This document shows, one piece after another, positions 15,416 through 24,750 of a DNA stretch of 64,000 nucleotides (within the stretch, counting starts at the first letter, position 1; every line of letters starts with the position of its first letter). The translations under genes and the position numbers were made by a program. The stretch covers positions 960-64,959 of the IMG/VR virus record IMGVR_UViG_3300046373_000059; one strand, given 5' to 3'. The stretch comes from a virus (Duplodnaviria > Caudoviricetes). The notes beneath the pieces were generated by a model. The model ran no database searches. It had not been told where the DNA came from and saw only the letters and a list, made by a program, of their open reading frames with translations.

Positions 15416-17734
15416 CTATTCGCTGATCGTCGTTTGGTCGGTGCATTCCACGCTGGAGCTAAGGCCCACGGACGTGTTGAGCGCCACGGATTTGCCGTTG
15501 CTGGCGGTCGTGTGCGTTGCGTTGCTGGCAGAGCGACGGTTCGAGGTCGAGTTGCCAAGGCTCTTGCTGTAGGCGCGGCCCTCGCTTTCGCTGCGCGAGT
15601 TCGACAACGAAACGCCTGTCGTCGAGCTGTGCGCGGTGCTGGTCGAAGACGACGAGCCGGTGGACGTGCTGGCCGAGTAGCTGGTGGAATTGCTGGCCGA
15701 ATTCGATTCGGAATTCGACGAAGACATCGAGCCGGATTCGGAGATTGCAGCCGTGACGCTTTGAGCTGCGATGGCGGCGGCAGCCATCTGGCCGCTCAAC
15801 TGACCAGCCGAACGGAGGTTGCTCGACGCGGAGCTGGAAGCCTTCTCTGCGGAGGCATAGTTCTGCTTGGCCGAGTCGATGGCGATTTCAGCCTGGGCGA
15901 TCTGTGCAGCAGCATTGGCGGCCATGGCCTTGATCTGCGCGCCGACGTGATCCACCTTCGCGCCCTCCTGCGCGCTGAAGGCGCGGATGCGGGCATTGAA
16001 TACGGAGGCGGTCGATTGCAGGCGCTCGGCTTCTGCCGTGGCTGCCGTGCGGTATGCGTCCATGCGGGCGCTGTACAGCTCCAGCGGAAATTCGTTCGTC
16101 TGCTTCAGGCGCAGCTCCTGGACGGCGATGTTGGCCTTGGCCGTCGTGTCGAATGCCTGGACGCGGGAACGATACGCCTGCACCTGTTTGCTGAAGACTT
16201 GCACCTTCGCAGCTTGGCCGCGCACGCGAGCGCTGTACGTGTCGTATTCCGTGATCTTCGCCGTTACCTGGGCTTCCAGCGCGCCGATGCGGGCGCGGTA
16301 GCCTTCGACCACGGACTTGTTCGAGGCGATCTGCGACTTGGCCGCGTCCACGCGGGTGCTGTACGTGCTGACGATGGCGCGCACGCCTTCGATCTGCGCA
16401 CGGTAGATGGCGACCTTCTGGCTGTTGACTTCACCGATGGCGCGCTGCGCTTCCAGCTTGGCCTTGTAGACATCGACCTGGGCCAGCGCCGCCACGAGGC
16501 GCGTCTTGAACACTTCTGCCTTCATGGCGAAAGCCTGCACGTCAGCCGAGTACATTTGCACCTTGGCATTGAAGAGCTGAATCTCTGCCGTAACGGTAGC
16601 TTTTGCCGCTTCCAGTGCGCGGGCCTGGGCCGCATTCGCCTTGTCGATCATGCGCGACTCCAGCGACACAGTGGTTTCCAGGGCGAAGCGGAAGTTGGAT
16701 TGCTGGAGATTGGCGCGCTCGATTGCCACGGCGCGCTGCAAGCTGGCGTCGCGTTGCAGGCCGCTTTGCAATGCCTGCTGCACGATGCGGACGAGCGATG
16801 CGTCAGGGATGCGGAAGCCACGGGTCTTCATCAGGCGCAGGGCTTCTGCCGTGGCGCGGTGCGTCAGCATGGCCTCGCGGTCGGCTGCCCGGTTCCAGAT
16901 GGCATCCTCAACATCCTGGTCGATGCCAGTGGAAGTCATGTCGCCCACCATTCCAGCCAGCCGCGTATTCATGGCGGTCAGCAGGGCGGTGTTGTACTCG
17001 ACCTGGGAATAAATGAATTCCGCTTCAGGCGCGGAAGGAGCAAGCCCAGGCTCTGCATCGAACAGAGGGAGGTCGAGCACAGGTGCATCAGGCACAGACA
17101 GCTCGATCAGCGTCGGCACGGGAGGCAGGCTGAAGTCCGGTTCAATGGCGACAGGGAGCGCGTCATACACAGCCTCGGCTGGCAGCAGCGCGTCGAATGG
17201 ATCGGGCAGCGGGATGTCGAACAGCGACACGTCGGCCACGTCGTATGCCGGTGCGATGCCGATGTCGGCCAGCGGGATGTCTGCCGTGATGGGCGCATCA
17301 GGCGCGGTAGGGAAGTTCGCCGTCAGGTCTGTGTCAGGTGGAGCGTCGCCAAGCGGAGCAATGACGATGCCGCCCACTGGAATCACAGGAGGATCAAGCG
17401 GGTCGAATGTGTTGTCGTACAGGGCAAGCGCTTCGATGGTCGCCAGGGCGGACGCCTGCGATGCCTGGGCCAGCACGCCGGTTTGACTGATGACGCCAGC
17501 CACGACGCCGGGCGTGGTCGAATCGACGAGCGCCACAGACACGTTGTCAGGCGCCACTACCTCGGCGGCAGGAAGCGCAGGCTCTGCTGGGATGGCAGCA
17601 GGGACATCAGGCAGGCCGCCGAACGGCTCCAGGTCGTCCAGCAGCGGGAGGTCTGGATACGGCTCGACCGGCAAGACAGGATCGACCGCTACCTCGATAA
17701 CGTCGCCTACGATAAACGCTGCATCACAAGACAT
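15416..17734 (-). CDS. Virion protein, paralog 1 (Pro/acidic N-terminus, coiled coil, Ser-rich tail)
   Basis: EPDFSLP, LFNAxVxxYxADVQAF, FPxxLYxA and LRxAGQL blocks are shared with the downstream gene. Confidence 0.75.
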   Translation of the reverse strand: MSCDAAFIVGDVIEVAVDPVLPVEPYPDLPLLDDLEPFGGLPDVPAAIPAEPALPAAEVVAPDNVSVALVDSTTPGVVAGVISQTGVLAQASQASALATIEALALYDNTFDPLDPPVIPVGGIVIAPLGDAPPDTDLTANFPTAPDAPITADIPLADIGIAPAYDVADVSLFDIPLPDPFDALLPAEAVYDALPVAIEPDFSLPPVPTLIELSVPDAPVLDLPLFDAEPGLAPSAPEAEFIYSQVEYNTALLTAMNTRLAGMVGDMTSTGIDQDVEDAIWNRAADREAMLTHRATAEALRLMKTRGFRIPDASLVRIVQQALQSGLQRDASLQRAVAIERANLQQSNFRFALETTVSLESRMIDKANAAQARALEAAKATVTAEIQLFNAKVQMYSADVQAFAMKAEVFKTRLVAALAQVDVYKAKLEAQRAIGEVNSQKVAIYRAQIEGVRAIVSTYSTRVDAAKSQIASNKSVVEGYRARIGALEAQVTAKITEYDTYSARVRGQAAKVQVFSKQVQAYRSRVQAFDTTAKANIAVQELRLKQTNEFPLELYSARMDAYRTAATAEAERLQSTASVFNARIRAFSAQEGAKVDHVGAQIKAMAANAAAQIAQAEIAIDSAKQNYASAEKASSSASSNLRSAGQLSGQMAAAAIAAQSVTAAISESGSMSSSNSESNSASNSTSYSASTSTGSSSSTSTAHSSTTGVSLSNSRSESEGRAYSKSLGNSTSNRRSASNATHTTASNGKSVALNTSVGLSSSVECTDQTTISE

Positions 17735-17746
17735 GGCAGACCCCTT

Positions 17747-19504
17747 TTATGTTACCGCGCACGGGAATGAATCCATCGGGAACGGGATTGAAATGATCGA
17801 GCGCCCAATCGCATCAGACAGCGCCTGGAAAATCCCGTCGCCCACATCAAGGCCAGCATAGAAGCTGAAGGCCCGGTCGTCATACGAATAAATTGCCGTC
17901 GCCAAAAAGTAATTGAACCCTGGTGGGATGTCGCCTGGGAATGGTGCTATTACGATCCCTGACGAAAGCCCGAAAACTGGTACTGAGTAGCTGGCCCCAC
18001 CTTCCGACGTGCAAGCGAAAGTCCCGAAGGAGATTGGCGCATCCACATGGGAGCTGAAGGCTCCTTCATCAGTCTCACCGCAGGACACGAAGCAGTAAGG
18101 GTCATGGAACCACCAGTCAACCTGGGCGAAGTACGCCTCGTCCGAATGCAGCCCCGTGAACTTGAACCGCGCTCCAGTTGGGACAGACCATGAAACAAGG
18201 TTGTCTCCCTCGAAGTCGCCATTCAATCCTGCCTCGCCCCAGCCGATTCCGTACTGCACGGGGCACACGAACTGCCACGTAGGAAACTCGCCTTGAACGA
18301 ACCCTGTCGGCGGGACTTCAGCCTTGGTCGTAAAGAGCGCGCTTGGGTAGATCGCGGAACGCTTATCCACTCCTGCCTGCGTGTGCGGCATGCTGGCGAC
18401 TCCCATTTCCTGTACCCAATGCGGGCCATGCGGGTTGTCGCCGTAATCAGCTACCGTATTGTAGCCGAATGGGGGGGCGGCGCTGACAAAGAAGCCCTTC
18501 GGGTAGAAGCCATGAAGCAGTTTCGTGCCCTTCTCGATTGTGAAGCGCTGCGTTGTTTCATCCGTGTTCTTTCCTTTGCCGACGATGATGCGCAGCTCGA
18601 TTGTGACCGGCGTGATGTCCTGGCATTCGTTGCTGCGGATCATGGCCTTGACGAAGTAATCGCCGGTAGCCGTGTCGGAGCGCAGGCCGATCCCCAGGTC
18701 GTCATCAGGATCGGAGATAACCATTTCATCCCAATCCGTTTGATCGTCGTCTGGCGCGTGCATGGGGATGCCCTGCGGATTGTTCTTCGATACCTGGAAC
18801 ATTTTGCTTTCCGTGTACGCGATGCCAGTCGTGTCGCCTTCAGGAAGGAAGTTCTCAGGATCGCGCAGCGGGTACTGCGCCTCCGTGTACGAATCGTTTT
18901 GCGGGCCGTCGATGTTGACGCGGTTCGACAGGATGTCTGGATCATCGGAGGCGCTGCCCGGCTCCCACACGCACAGGTGGATAGCGACAGCAATCTCGCC
19001 CTCGTTCGGGCCGCTCGCGTACACGCCGCCCTCGACGATGCGCGCACCTACCCACAGATACGGGCTGAAGTCGTAGCGCTCCTGCTCTTCTTCCTCGGAC
19101 GTTTCCACTCGCGTGACCGGCAGCTCCTGGAATGGATTGACGACGACGGGCGACGTGGTTTTCTCGTGGCCGATATGGGCCTGGGCCTGCTCATGCTTTG
19201 TGGGCGGCGTCGGCGGCGGGCGCAATAACTGCTGCTCGCGCAAGGGCGAGTGGATCAGGATTTTGTCCACGCCGTTGTTTGTGATGGTGTCGATGACCGT
19301 TCCATCCAGGAAGGTCTTCTTGCTGCGGTAGAAGCCGCCCGGCTCGCCGCGTGCGATGCGGTCGTTGACGCCGTTGATGGACTTCATGCTGCCCATCAAT
19401 CGGCGTGCCTCGCGGATGTACAGCTTGGCCGTGGCTTGGTCGCCGGTTATTTGCGTGGCGATCCAGCCGGTAGCGACCGGCTCATTGTTGGTATCGTCCG
19501 TCAT
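17747..19504 (-). CDS. Putative tail-associated structural protein
   Basis: Start MTDDTNN at 19504 (ATGA overlap); acidic and beta-rich; in the tail module. Confidence 0.6.
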   Translation of the reverse strand: MTDDTNNEPVATGWIATQITGDQATAKLYIREARRLMGSMKSINGVNDRIARGEPGGFYRSKKTFLDGTVIDTITNNGVDKILIHSPLREQQLLRPPPTPPTKHEQAQAHIGHEKTTSPVVVNPFQELPVTRVETSEEEEQERYDFSPYLWVGARIVEGGVYASGPNEGEIAVAIHLCVWEPGSASDDPDILSNRVNIDGPQNDSYTEAQYPLRDPENFLPEGDTTGIAYTESKMFQVSKNNPQGIPMHAPDDDQTDWDEMVISDPDDDLGIGLRSDTATGDYFVKAMIRSNECQDITPVTIELRIIVGKGKNTDETTQRFTIEKGTKLLHGFYPKGFFVSAAPPFGYNTVADYGDNPHGPHWVQEMGVASMPHTQAGVDKRSAIYPSALFTTKAEVPPTGFVQGEFPTWQFVCPVQYGIGWGEAGLNGDFEGDNLVSWSVPTGARFKFTGLHSDEAYFAQVDWWFHDPYCFVSCGETDEGAFSSHVDAPISFGTFACTSEGGASYSVPVFGLSSGIVIAPFPGDIPPGFNYFLATAIYSYDDRAFSFYAGLDVGDGIFQALSDAIGRSIISIPFPMDSFPCAVT

Positions 19505-21819
19505 ACATGGCGCTTCATTTCTTGGGCGTTGAGCGTAAGGCTGTCGATGGTGAAGTTGCCGCCATCCACGTTCGCCATGCGCCACTGCCAATACTTGCCA
19601 GCCGCGCCCTTGCCGAACTTGACGCGGGATGCGTGGATAACGCCACTGGCCTGCGTTGGCGAAAGACGGTACATGAATTCGTGGTGCTCGTCGGTAATGA
19701 GCGTCAGCTCCATGTCGCCATCGGCGCGGTATCCGGCATAGCCGGTGATGACGCGCTTAAATGCTTCCGTTCCGAAGTCCGATTCGCCAGACAGGACATG
19801 CGCTGCGATAGGCTCGCCCAGGTCGTCGTTGCCAGTCAAGGCTACGATGCCATCCGCGCTGGCCGCCAGCGTCACGCCAGCGAAATTGGCGAAGCTGTTG
19901 AATGCCACGCCTTCGTAGGTCGTCACTGCCATCACTCGGGTGTTGAGCGCAATCGTGGTCGGATTCAGCAGCTCCTGCGGATTGGTCATCACGCCATTGA
20001 CCAGCAGGGCCATCAGTTCGATGTCAGCCGTGCCGATGGTGCTGAAGTGACCCTGTGCATCCACCGACATAAGCGGCAGCGTGATGGACGCTGTAGCCAC
20101 GTTCCCGGCCACGGCCAAACCTTCGAGCGATGCGCGAGGAATCGTGACGCTGCCTTCGATGACGTTGCCGCCATACATGCTGCCTGCTGCTGCCAGGATC
20201 GAGAACGTCACATCGCCAGCGGCGGTCGTGTTCTCGTACATCGTGGCATCGACGGTCGGCGCCAGCATGATGGCATTGCCAGCGAATGCGCCCCCGGAAA
20301 TCCCGGTGGCGGAAACGGACAGCTCTGGCAGCGTGATGTCCGTCTGGAATGCGAATGTGGCATCGACTGTCGGGGCCAGCATCGTGACATCGCCAGCCAT
20401 GATGGTGCCAGCGAACATGGTTCCAGCAACAGACAGCTCTTCCAGCGCCAGCAGCTCGACCACGCCGCCGCTCGCGGACAGCAATGGGAGCGTGACGCTG
20501 CCGTTAATCAGGATGCCGGAAATGCCAGTGGCAGACAGCTCAAGCTCAGGCATGGTGATGCCGTCAGCGAATCCGCCCGACAGCTTCAGCGTGCCAAGCA
20601 CTGCATTGCCGTCAGCCGTGTTACCGGCGACGCCGGTTGCGGACAGCGTGTATTCAGGTAGCGTAACCCCAGCCATGCCTGCCGCCGCCATAAAGAAGTC
20701 GGGGAAGAACGAGTTGCCGGTAATGAGCGCGCCGGATTGGCCGGTAGCAGCCAGGGTCAGAAGCGGGAACGGGGCCGCGCCATCATTTCCTGCGAACATG
20801 GATGCGGAAACAGTAGGGCTGGTCAGCGAAAGGTCGCCACCAACATAGGTATCGGTAGGCACGTTGAGCAATCCTTCTACGGTAAGGAGGGGAAACGTGC
20901 AGTCATTCTCGACGCCACCGACAATCCCCTGCGGCGTCAAGTCGCGGGTAATGGTGTAGAAATGGTCTGACTGGTCAAACGCATCTGGCCCTTGGCTCGT
21001 CCGCGTATCGCACACCTTCCAGGATGCGCTGATGTAATCGAAGTATTGCAGCGTGAAGTCGCGTGGCATGTCAGCGATGACATTGGTGCGGAAGCTGTAT
21101 GCGCTCGCCTCGAAGATCAGACCGCTCGGGAACGTGTAGGAGAACGTCGCGGTATTGGTGCCATTCGTGCGCCAGTATGTCGATGCGTTATCGCTATCCG
21201 TGGCATCGGTAGCTGGATGGCCGACAGCCTGCGACGAGGCCGTGGCCGCGCCCGCATAGCTCTCGTCCATGAAGCCATAATAGCCGCCCTGCCAAGCGAG
21301 CTGCCAGTCGGTCATGCCGACGTTTGCCGAACCGTTGTTGGCCGTGACGACCATGCGCCATTGATCCGACGCCTCGTTCCACAGGCCGACGCGCTCCAGG
21401 AAGCCAGCGGTTCCTACTGTGTACTCGCGCACTTGACGGCCTGTCCAACTACCCTGGCCGGATTGCGTATCGACCGTTACCCACGATGCGCCATCCCAAT
21501 AATCCAGGGTGAAGGCGAGTGGGCTGAATGTAGGATCGCTATCGCCTCGGATGACATAGGAGACAATTTCGATAGGGGATGGGAATTCGGCGCTCCAGAA
21601 TGCGGCAGTAGTAGCCGCTACCGTGCGCCATCCCGTGAGGGTATCGCCATCAGCGGCATTGCCTGCCGCAGTATCCATGCTGTCGGAATCGTAGATCATC
21701 CCGCCAGGGAATGCCTGCGGCACACCGACTGTTTCGCGGAATTGGAAATCCACCGCGCCCAACTGGCTTCCGCCGTTGTTGGACGCGATGTTGATCCGCC
21801 AAATAGTCGATGCGGTCAT
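19501..21819 (-). CDS. Tail/fibre protein with two discoidin (F5/8 type C)-like domains, a repetitive beta region and a conserved C-terminal domain
   Basis: Repeated AxDGD..TxWRT..F..P....Y......P..FTL.Y.D..SW..DT; ITLPxLxVxA repeats; RVKFGKGAAGKYWQW. Confidence 0.7.
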   Translation of the reverse strand: MTASTIWRINIASNNGGSQLGAVDFQFRETVGVPQAFPGGMIYDSDSMDTAAGNAADGDTLTGWRTVAATTAAFWSAEFPSPIEIVSYVIRGDSDPTFSPLAFTLDYWDGASWVTVDTQSGQGSWTGRQVREYTVGTAGFLERVGLWNEASDQWRMVVTANNGSANVGMTDWQLAWQGGYYGFMDESYAGAATASSQAVGHPATDATDSDNASTYWRTNGTNTATFSYTFPSGLIFEASAYSFRTNVIADMPRDFTLQYFDYISASWKVCDTRTSQGPDAFDQSDHFYTITRDLTPQGIVGGVENDCTFPLLTVEGLLNVPTDTYVGGDLSLTSPTVSASMFAGNDGAAPFPLLTLAATGQSGALITGNSFFPDFFMAAAGMAGVTLPEYTLSATGVAGNTADGNAVLGTLKLSGGFADGITMPELELSATGISGILINGSVTLPLLSASGGVVELLALEELSVAGTMFAGTIMAGDVTMLAPTVDATFAFQTDITLPELSVSATGISGGAFAGNAIMLAPTVDATMYENTTAAGDVTFSILAAAGSMYGGNVIEGSVTIPRASLEGLAVAGNVATASITLPLMSVDAQGHFSTIGTADIELMALLVNGVMTNPQELLNPTTIALNTRVMAVTTYEGVAFNSFANFAGVTLAASADGIVALTGNDDLGEPIAAHVLSGESDFGTEAFKRVITGYAGYRADGDMELTLITDEHHEFMYRLSPTQASGVIHASRVKFGKGAAGKYWQWRMANVDGGNFTIDSLTLNAQEMKRHV

Positions 21820-21831
21820 GCTGGCCCCCGA

Positions 21832-22611
21832 TTACGACGTTGGCAGCGTGATTGGGAACGAGCTGATGGTTTGCGTTGCAGCCGAGGTGATGCTGGTGCT
21901 CGACATATTCAACTGCGCGCCGCTCGTCGAGATTGCACCATCCATACGGATTTCGGTGGCAGCCGAATCCAGTGCGCCGCTGTCGGCCACGCTGCCGCTG
22001 AAGCGGAACCAGCCAGCAGTGCCGGTCGCACCAGCGATGCCAGACCATACCTGGGTAGGGTGCTTCGACAGCACGCCAGCCACGGAGGTGCCCAGCTTCA
22101 GGCCGTTGACGGCAGTGACGCCAGCCACGCCGCTGCCCATGTTGACATTGGTGCTGGTCAACGTAGTCAGGGTCGGGGAAACAACGAAACCGTTTGGCGA
22201 TGCACCAGTGCCGCGTGCGGCGATGATCGTGACGGCGGCGCCGGAAGACGTGGCCGTGTAGTCGGGCGCGCTGCGGCTGTTGTTAATCATGTCAGCCAAG
22301 TCGGCTGCGGTCTGCGTCAGGCTCGTGTTGAACGGCACGGCGGCGTCGATGATCGACACGCTGTTGACGGTCAGGGCCGTAACGGAACCGGACGAACCGG
22401 CCAGCGTGACGGAACCAGTGGCGAGCACTTCAGCGGTGCGCGAGGCGGAAGCTGCGGTGATGGTTGCCAACAGCGTGCCCGTGGGCGCAGCGTCGGCGGT
22501 TGCTGGCTGGGAGCCAGTGTAGATTTCGATCTTGCCATTTTGCAGCGCGCCTTTGATCGAGCCGTCCGCGTTGACAAAATTGCGCAGACCAGTAGACAGT
22601 CGCAACGTCAT
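21832..22611 (-). CDS. Virion structural (fibre/decoration) protein
   Basis: GKIEIYTGSQPATADAAPTGTLLATI...GTAGWFRF; Ser/Thr/Ala-rich. Confidence 0.7.
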   Translation of the reverse strand: MTLRLSTGLRNFVNADGSIKGALQNGKIEIYTGSQPATADAAPTGTLLATITAASASRTAEVLATGSVTLAGSSGSVTALTVNSVSIIDAAVPFNTSLTQTAADLADMINNSRSAPDYTATSSGAAVTIIAARGTGASPNGFVVSPTLTTLTSTNVNMGSGVAGVTAVNGLKLGTSVAGVLSKHPTQVWSGIAGATGTAGWFRFSGSVADSGALDSAATEIRMDGAISTSGAQLNMSSTSITSAATQTISSFPITLPTS

Positions 22612-22648
22612 GATATTTCTCCAAAGTTATGCCTCGAAGCGAGGCAGG

Positions 22649-23848
22649 TTACATCGTCAGCAGATATTTGCTGTACTGCCCGGCCATGAATACAGCCGCC
22701 CCGCCCTTGCCTTCCGGCATCTGGTATCGCTCGCGGGTCAGATTAATCAGCGACCCGTCAGGCGATCCCATTACGATGCCGTCACTGGTGGCGAAAAGAG
22801 CAACAATAACGCCATTCATTGCGGGGTTTCCAGTAACAGCTTGACCATCTGCGTACACAAGGGAACCGCGTACAGCCCCGAATTCCATTTTACGCACTAG
22901 CGTATTGTCACCGAAAGTTGCACCGTTGAGGAAATAAATCTCTTTTTCGGTGCCGACGAACAGGCCGCCTTCCACTGCGGCGACCACGTTGATGGGCGTG
23001 CCATCGAATGCGCGGTAGTCGCGGAGGTCGCAATGCTCGTAGGATAGCGCCGTGGTCGCATACAGGTATTCGCCTGCTGCGATGTAGATGCGGCCCTTGT
23101 GCAGCGCCAGCGCCTGACCAGCAGGAGGGGCGTCCATCCACTGCGTCGCCAGCGGCAACGTGCGCTCGCCGCCGACATAGGCAAAGGTCTGCTGCTCGAC
23201 ATCCAGCTTGGCGGCCAAGTACATGACCTCGCCGTTTTCCTGGCTGATGTAGATCGAGCAATCCACGATGTTCGTGTCGTCGGGCACAGACCAGTTAAAG
23301 TCGATGCCGCCGCCGAACGGAAGGTCGATGCGCTGGGCTAGCCCTGTGCCGCTTTCCTGGCCGTCACGGGTCGTGAAGGTCATGGCGTACAGGTAGGTGC
23401 CAGCGGGCATCGTGCCGCCCGTGGCGATGCCGCGCACATGGATGTCATTGATGTCCACGCCCCAGGCCCGCACGCGGCCCTCGTCCACCACGCCCGTCAC
23501 GACGCCGTTGCTGTGGTACACGCGGCCATTCGCCAGGACGTAGGACATCGGGTCAGTGGACAGGCCAGCAGCCACTTCCGTCAGGCCGTAGCCTTCGTTC
23601 ATGATGAACATGCTGCCAGCCGCGATGAAGAGGCAGATAGCACCATCAGCCCACAGCGAGTGCGCGGCCCCGGCAATCTTCAGCGTTTGGCCTGGGCGCC
23701 GCGAAAGCTGCTTCGAGTTGTCGATGTCCACGTTGACGGCCTCGACAAGATCGACACTGGAATCGTCGCGGCTTGCCGTGGTCTTGATGCGCTCGGCGGA
23801 CAGCGTGTTGTGGATGCCGCTGAAGCTGCCCAGGCTTACGTCCTTCAC
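22649..23848 (-). CDS. Tail nozzle/stabilisation-type beta-propeller protein
   Basis: GTG start 23848; FSGIHN...AVNVDID...RRPG pattern; follows the adaptor gene. Confidence 0.65.
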   Translation of the reverse strand: MKDVSLGSFSGIHNTLSAERIKTTASRDDSSVDLVEAVNVDIDNSKQLSRRPGQTLKIAGAAHSLWADGAICLFIAAGSMFIMNEGYGLTEVAAGLSTDPMSYVLANGRVYHSNGVVTGVVDEGRVRAWGVDINDIHVRGIATGGTMPAGTYLYAMTFTTRDGQESGTGLAQRIDLPFGGGIDFNWSVPDDTNIVDCSIYISQENGEVMYLAAKLDVEQQTFAYVGGERTLPLATQWMDAPPAGQALALHKGRIYIAAGEYLYATTALSYEHCDLRDYRAFDGTPINVVAAVEGGLFVGTEKEIYFLNGATFGDNTLVRKMEFGAVRGSLVYADGQAVTGNPAMNGVIVALFATSDGIVMGSPDGSLINLTRERYQMPEGKGGAAVFMAGQYSKYLLTM

Positions 23849-24003
23849 AGCGCCACCGCCAGCCACACGACAACGGATGCGATGACGCCGATGGCAATGC
23901 CACGCCACAGGGCGCACACGGGGCAGTCGCCAGCCACGGGGTCGGTCAGCTCGAACAGAACGTCGAGCGCGAAATCAAGCGCGTCTTTTAACTTGGTCAG
24001 CAT
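23845..24003 (-). CDS. Small membrane protein (52 aa) with CPVC motif
   Basis: GGAG RBS; MLTKLKDALDF...CPVCALWRGIAIGVIASVVVWLAVAL; GTGA overlap. Confidence 0.6.
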   Translation of the reverse strand: MLTKLKDALDFALDVLFELTDPVAGDCPVCALWRGIAIGVIASVVVWLAVAL

Positions 24004-24093
24004 AGTAGCTCCACAGTGCGATGATGAAAAAGGCTTCGGCCAGGGTGCAGCCGCAGTTGCTGTTCTTCTTGAGTCTTGCTTGCATGTCGGTTC

Positions 24094-24750
24094 CTAGTAG
24101 GTGCCGTCGCCTTCCTGCTGTTCGCGGGTAATCCAGGCTTCGTCGATGGCGGCAGACTTCTTGCCGAATTCTTGCTCGAACATGGACAGGCTGTCGGCCA
24201 GCTTCTTCGGATCGAAGGTTTCCGTATCCTGCTTGCTGTAGGCGCGGAACATCATCCAGAAGCGCAGGCTGCGATGGTAGCGCGCAGCAATCTCTGGCTC
24301 GTCGTCCATGTCATTCATTTCGGCCAGCGGGTCGCGCACCACGGTCATCAGCAGCGTGCCGTTTTCCGATGGCGGCGGGTACAGCACGATCTTGCCGGTT
24401 TCGTAGTCGGGGATGAAGTACATCGGCTCGCTAGGCGGCGTGTCCTGCCAGAACGGGTTCGCGCATTCCATGTCCTGCATGTTCATGCGGCGCAGCGGGC
24501 GCTTGTTGGCGAAGCGCATCCGGCGCACGAACAGCACGCGAGGGTCGAGCGAATATAGGGCCGTATAGGCGACGACGGCGATGTTGGCTATGTCGGTAGT
24601 CGTCGAGTCCAGCAGAAGGCGTGAGCGGCGCGCTGCTTCGTTCTGCGCATCGTTTGCGAAGTCGATGGCCTCGTCTTCGCTCCACAGGAACGGCTCTGCC
24701 GCGTCGTCAACCTCGTTGCGGAATAAATCAATGATGTCGCGCAGTTTCAT
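24094..24750 (-). CDS. Head-tail adaptor protein
   Basis: PFLWSEDEAIDFANDAQNEAARR...RAYSKQDTETFD pattern of podoviral adaptors. Confidence 0.75.
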   Translation of the reverse strand: MKLRDIIDLFRNEVDDAAEPFLWSEDEAIDFANDAQNEAARRSRLLLDSTTTDIANIAVVAYTALYSLDPRVLFVRRMRFANKRPLRRMNMQDMECANPFWQDTPPSEPMYFIPDYETGKIVLYPPPSENGTLLMTVVRDPLAEMNDMDDEPEIAARYHRSLRFWMMFRAYSKQDTETFDPKKLADSLSMFEQEFGKKSAAIDEAWITREQQEGDGTY

